41,025 nucleotides of DNA from Psammoneis japonica. Lineage: Eukaryota. The notes beneath the pieces are model-generated. The model worked only from the letters and a program-made list of their open reading frames with translations, searched no databases and was not told the DNA's origin. The position numbers and the translations under genes were made by a program. The DNA is taken from assembly GCA_008632985.1 (NCBI GenBank), contig QPGO01000360.1, positions 1 through 41,025 of the forward strand, read 5' to 3'. Positions 35,967 to 41,025 of this stretch are shown here, in pieces (the stretch's first letter is position 1; each line of letters begins with the position of its first letter).

Positions 35967-36615
35967 ATGTCGTTTTCCATTACCGTTCCTCCCAGCTACG
36001 GCTATGTTGTGCTTTCCTGCACCTTGGGTAGCTTTATTACCAACACCATCATGTCGGGACCCGTCATGAAGGCGCGTGAAAAGTACAATGGTAAGATGAT
36101 TCTTCATCATTATGTTTTTTAATGTTGTGCTGTGCGAGAGTGCGTTTTTTCAGTGTGTTTAGCTCACTCTTTTGAATTGCCAGTTCCTTATCCCAACATG
36201 TATGCAACTCCCGGATACCACAAACAGGCGGATGAGTTTAATCGTATTCAACGTGGACATCAAAACATGTTTGAAAACATTACCGTCATGATGTAAGTCG
36301 CGAATGCAAAAAGAAGAGTTGTTTCTTTTTGATTCTTTGCTGTTCTAAACATTCAACTACTGTATTGCACATTATAACAACAACACACAGGATTTGCGTC
36401 TTGGTGGGTGGAGTCGCGTATCCGCTCTTTTGTACCGGAAGCTGCGTCTTGTACCATGTCGGAAATATTTTGTACCAAAAAGGCTATGGCGATACCTCGT
36501 TGGATATCAAAATGGCTCGTTACAAAAAGGGTGGTCTTCTCAAGCACGTAGGCTTCCTCATGGCCTTGGGTGCCAATGTCAAGCTTGCCGGAAGTATGTT
36601 GGGTGGTGGAATTAA
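35967..36615 (+). CDS. MGST3: MAPEG family microsomal glutathione S-transferase (MGST3-like); introns 36091-36183 and 36293-36390
   Basis: MSFSITVPPSYGYVVL...VMKAREKYN|VPYPNMYA...FNRIQRGHQNMFE...YQKGY with GT-AG introns. Stop is at 36615 if a 1-nt error is assumed, otherwise 36679. Confidence 0.9.
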
Positions 36616-36845
36616 GAAACGAGATGAAACACGGGAGTTTGTTGTAGGTTGTGTTTTTGTAAGAGAAAGTAGTGAGTAGTCTATAATAGTCGTTGAAGCC
36701 GAAAGCAGTCTCTCAATTATACTCTTAGAAGTAGGTAGTACCGGTACGTCAACCTGTATCTCAGAATGCTGCATACGTTTCAGTGCCAGAAAAGCCTGCT
36801 CAGCTCAATATGTAAAATATCGTGCATCATACAACTTACTACTCT

Positions 36846-38108
36846 CTAATAGAATCTTCTATCCCCGTTTCTTTACAACCCACTCGAATCCAATTTCATT
36901 CAACTTTTGAATTCTCTCTTCGGTCAGTTTACAATGATTGGTTTTGGTTTCATGGGTGGATTTTGCCACTGCTTGTAACTTGCCCGTAATCCCTTGACGT
37001 AAGTTCCCAACTTGTTGTGTCCGGTATAATGCTGCGGCACACGGACATGACCAAATTGTTGCCGAAAATCACACAACTGCTCCAACCGCGTTTCAAAATC
37101 ATCCTTGATGGAAAACCGAAAACCAACATTTTTCAATTTTTGAATCCGTTCATCCGACAGGGCATTGGTTTCGCCACGTTGCATGCGGTGCTTGTACAGC
37201 TGGCGTTGTCCCTGAACCCACTTGCTCAGGCGGGGAATGGCCTCGTCTGGAACATCCACGTGACCGTGCTCGACGCGATAATCCAGTAATTCTTGAAAAC
37301 GACAATTCCAATTGATTTCAAAACGTTGCATTTTGGAATCCAACTGTGGCCGTTGTGGTGGAGCAACCGCTGGAGGAGGCACTTGTGGAGTGGCTTTCGT
37401 TCCCGGCTGTTGCGCAGTAGTAGCAGCTACAGCGGCAAGCTGTTGTTGTTGCGCATTAGTATTAGTATTCTTGCTTTCCTCCACACTGGCGGCTTGTTGA
37501 AAAATGACATCACGGCCCTTGTTTCGACGGGAACGCGTCTTTCGTGCCGCAAACGTAGTGGCATAGTGTGCCGTTCGAACCTTGGTCCGGTTCTGTCGTT
37601 CCTTTTCCGCCGCAACATTCCACACCATGAGTTCCTCGTCCGAGAGGCCCTTGAGAAAGTGTTGAATGGCTTGATATTGATCTAAAACGGAAAGAGTATT
37701 ATGGGAAGAAACAGCCGATTGAAGTTGTGTGACGAGTGAATCTTGTTTCTTTTTCGACATTACGGCTGAGGACTTTCTCTTTTTGTTATTGTTTGGAGCA
37801 GATAGTGCAACTGTAGGAGCCTGAGCAGCAGCAGGAGGAGGAGCCTCAACAGGAGCAGCTTGAGCCATAGTAGTAGCAACAGCAGGAGGCGGACCTTGAG
37901 TAACAGCAGGAGGAACAGCAGCAGCAGCAGGAGCCTCGTTTGCAACTGCTTCTGCCTGCGTAGCAGCAGGCGTAGTACTCGTACCAGTAGTAGCGGCAGC
38001 AGCCACGGGCTGTGCCTCTGCAACCGCGGCAGTTACTCTCGCCTCATGGTTATGGACTCCTCCTGTTTGGGTAGCATTGTTTGTAGTGTCGGATGAGGCG
38101 GACAACAT
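36846..38108 (-). CDS. Helicase-associated (HA, PF03457-type) domain protein with two HA repeats; 1-nt frameshift ~36930
   Basis: WNCRFQELLDYRVEHGHVDVP...LSKWVQGQR...LSDERIQKLKNVGF; FRQQFGHVRVP...LTEERIQKLNEIGFEW (corrected frame). Confidence 0.88.
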
Positions 38109-38912
38109 GGTGATAGCAATAGTGTGTCCACTGTTACAGCGTCAACAAACAACAAGGAAAGCGGAACACTCTGTTTTGCAGTGTGTGTCACCAACAGCAT
38201 TTTAGCGAGCGCTTGTACGTACTGAAATCTACGTAGAGTGTACGAGGAGACGAGCCTCCTAATGTGGGTGGAAGCAGTCTTTGGACCTGTGCTGTCCAAA
38301 GAATCTTGCGAAGAATTTGTACTGAAACTGTCCATCCTTGCGTATGAGGCGTTATCTCTGAACGCTGGACAGACTCTATTGCGTTTTTGTACGTCACAAT
38401 CATACTCAAAAACACAGAAACGTATGGGAGGACAGAGCTTCTATGGAGAGATTTTGTCTAGATACAGTATTGTTTACGCGACTCGAAATTTAGAAATTCT
38501 GCTTCCGACATCAACTATTTTGTGCTTTGGAGCACCGTATTGTGGTAAGGTTATGCCAAGTGGCAATCACAATTCACTCGTGACACCATATCAGTTACTG
38601 TACAACAAAAGGGACGGGCTCCTTGATGGACTCGTTAGAAAAAATTGGAGAGGAACTGTTGATTTTTATAACTACTACTGAAATCTGCACAAAATCGAAA
38701 ACAGCTTGCTGCAATCGAAAAAAAAATATCACTCGTGACACAATTTGTGTAAGATACAAAGAGGGGCTCTTTCTATCAAAGCTCGTAACCGACGATTGGA
38801 AAAGTTGAGAGCAGCTCACACACAAGTTTGAACCGAAATTGGTATTTTTGGCTTCATACGGTAGGAAAGCTTCAAAACAACAACAACAAAACAACAAACA
38901 CACCATTGTATC

Positions 38913-41025
38913 ATGACAAAAAAGAATAACAGCGACGAAAAAAAGAATCATCCTGTCGTCGTCGGACGACGAGAAAAATAACGTGGACAATGACGCTCAG
39001 GTTCGTGAATTAGCAAAAGCCTTGGCACCTCAAATGGAGCAATTGGAAACATTGTTTGGATCACCTATTCTCGAGGAGGAAGAAAATCTCAAGCAGAAAA
39101 GCAAAGACGATGACGATGGCATGGATACCGAATGGATGGATTTACAAAATTCGGAAAATTTGTTACGACAAGAATTGGAATTTGCACAAGATTTTGGGCA
39201 CTTGCTATCGGGATCTCCACAACGGCAACCCCTGTTTAGTAGTAGCAACCTGGATCCTCCAGAAATGTCCTTGGATGAATCAAAAACCAATGAGCCATCA
39301 TCCCTGAATACTACTCCAAGTAGCACGCCACAAGAGCAGGAACAGCCTTTGGTATTGTATTATACACTGGCACATCATGCACGTCATTTAAAGCTTCGGG
39401 GTGGTTGGTACAATTATCCACTGCAATTGGAAGAATCAGAGGATTGTTTTGCGCGAGAATACCTTTGTCCATTGAGTTTTGCAGAATTAAAGAAACGATT
39501 GGTCGGTCTTGCCGATCCGCCGCCAATGATGACGGCGACGACAGTGCCCTCCTCGGACAATACACCACAAGTCCATTCGACAATGCCCATAAAAAATCCT
39601 ACATTGGTAGTAGACACGTCTCCTACACGACAGAGTCTACTGGATGAAGATGAGTCGTTGTCTCCGTCGTCACGTCCATTTGCGCACAATGTGGAAGACG
39701 AAGAAGAATTGGCGGTTCGTACCGTGACGATTCGGATTCGACCCGACGTGTTGTGTGGTGCCGTCATGGATGCGGTTCATCATGCCGTCACAAGTGTACA
39801 GGGCGAAGTTACCAAACGACAGGGTGGGCATTTAAAAGGTATGATTGGTCCCACACGAGTCGGGACGCATCATGATGTTCAATACGATGACTTGCCATCC
39901 CGATGGACAACAAGAACCGACGACGATACGACGGAGAATGAGGCACAACACCACGATCCGTCTGCGTTTGAATTGCCAGCGTTTTGTGTGGATGTTCAAT
40001 TGTGCACATACAAGGGAACAAGTGCCGAAGATAATGCGTGTGAACGAACGCTCTTGATTCGGACCTATCCCGTGACGGAATATGATAATGCAGATGTCCC
40101 GCCCATGACGCAATCGGACCCCATGGACCTGGATGCCAATGTTCGCTTACGAGAGGCATGTGCCTTGGTCCAACGCATTGAAACACAGGGATCATCTGCG
40201 CCCTTTTTTTCGCCAAAGGCACGAGAACAAGCGTCCCTGGTGGGTACCATGCTGTCGCCCCTCAAATTGTTTAGTCCCTCCTCCAAGTCGTCACCACGTT
40301 CTCAACATGGCACTACGGGTGCTGACACTCAAGATGATTTGATTGCCAAAGAGTTGCTTGACAATATCAAACCGACCCCATCGGTTTCAGAGGTTGAACG
40401 CGGAAGCAAGATACTGACGCTGCCTTCTCTGTCGGATAAAGATTGGCCGGTTGTTCAATCGTCGTGGAGAATTGTATCTGAAATTTGGAATCAGTTGGAG
40501 AGTCTCGATCTTGCCTATGCGTGTCTACAAAACTGTTCCTTTGGGGCCTTTCCGGCACTCCCGACTCTGGACGTGCATTATTGCAGTCAAATGAGACGGT
40601 ACTGTCGAGAAAACATGATTGTGTCGCTTCTCAAGACGGCGTCGGAATTGGAGCAATATGCTCGGGAATCGGAATATTCGTGTGCGTCCTTGGTGCAAAC
40701 GTTGAAACCCATGTTTGAGCAGTATGGAATTGAGCCACCCGCATTGCCACGGCCCGTGCCGCTCACCGCGTATCCCTTGGACTACACGCCGCCACAAGGT
40801 GAGACCGGCGAACTCATAACGTACTGTTGACATCCACTATGCTTTCCTAACGGGCCTTGTACATTTTTGCTTTTACTATAGTGGCTTGTCCTCCGTGGGG
40901 TATAAAGGTAATGGAAGCCTTGAACCACGTGGCTGCCAACACGAGCGATGTCAACAAGTTGGATTCAACCGCGAGTGAGCATTCCACAACCACGCTGTCT
41001 CCTTCGTTTGACGCTGCTGAAGAGG
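38913..41025 (+). CDS. Protein of unknown function; intron 40799-40881; runs off the right edge
   Basis: 615-aa ORF 38983..40830. A GTGAGA...TAG intron continues the frame (PPQ|VACPPWGIKVMEALNH). The start is uncertain because ATG 38913 is out of frame as assembled. Confidence 0.75.

Noticed and set aside
662..38983. Many 1-nt frameshifts in pol and in host genes (hydrolase, ATPase, ARFRP1, glycosyltransferase-like gene, SRP40, MAPEG, HA protein), read as pseudogenisation or programmed frameshifting
   Set aside because: Those I traced are mostly single-base losses in short homopolymers, and they affect otherwise intact housekeeping genes. Uncorrected long-read errors are the simplest explanation; short-read polishing would settle it.

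Overview
This is eukaryotic DNA, most likely from a diatom, judged from the CoDi-type Ty1/Copia element, short GT-AG introns and diatom-typical gene families. It holds a near full-length Copia LTR retrotransposon (272-6768, minus strand), three non-autonomous TIR elements, relics of a second Copia and of a non-LTR element, a satellite, and about ten host genes: an alpha/beta hydrolase, a COG3899-like ATPase, ARFRP1, a glycosyltransferase-like gene, SRP40/Nopp140, a MAPEG/MGST3 gene, an HA-domain protein and several unknowns. The strongest signal is mutational. Four multi-kb blocks (~6.8-11.4, ~21.1-23.5, ~25.5-27.1, ~29.5-35.7 kb) and the 5' LTR have lost almost all TpA dinucleotides by TA->TG / TA->CA transitions (A:T->G:C), in addition to CpG decay. 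The direction is fixed by the LTR-LTR comparison and by conserved Tyr codons turned into Cys/His. This is the reverse of fungal RIP and suggests a repeat- or heterochromatin-targeted adenine hypermutation system; its mechanism is inference only. Many single-base frameshifts in otherwise intact genes look like long-read consensus errors. All family calls come from motif recognition, not database searches.
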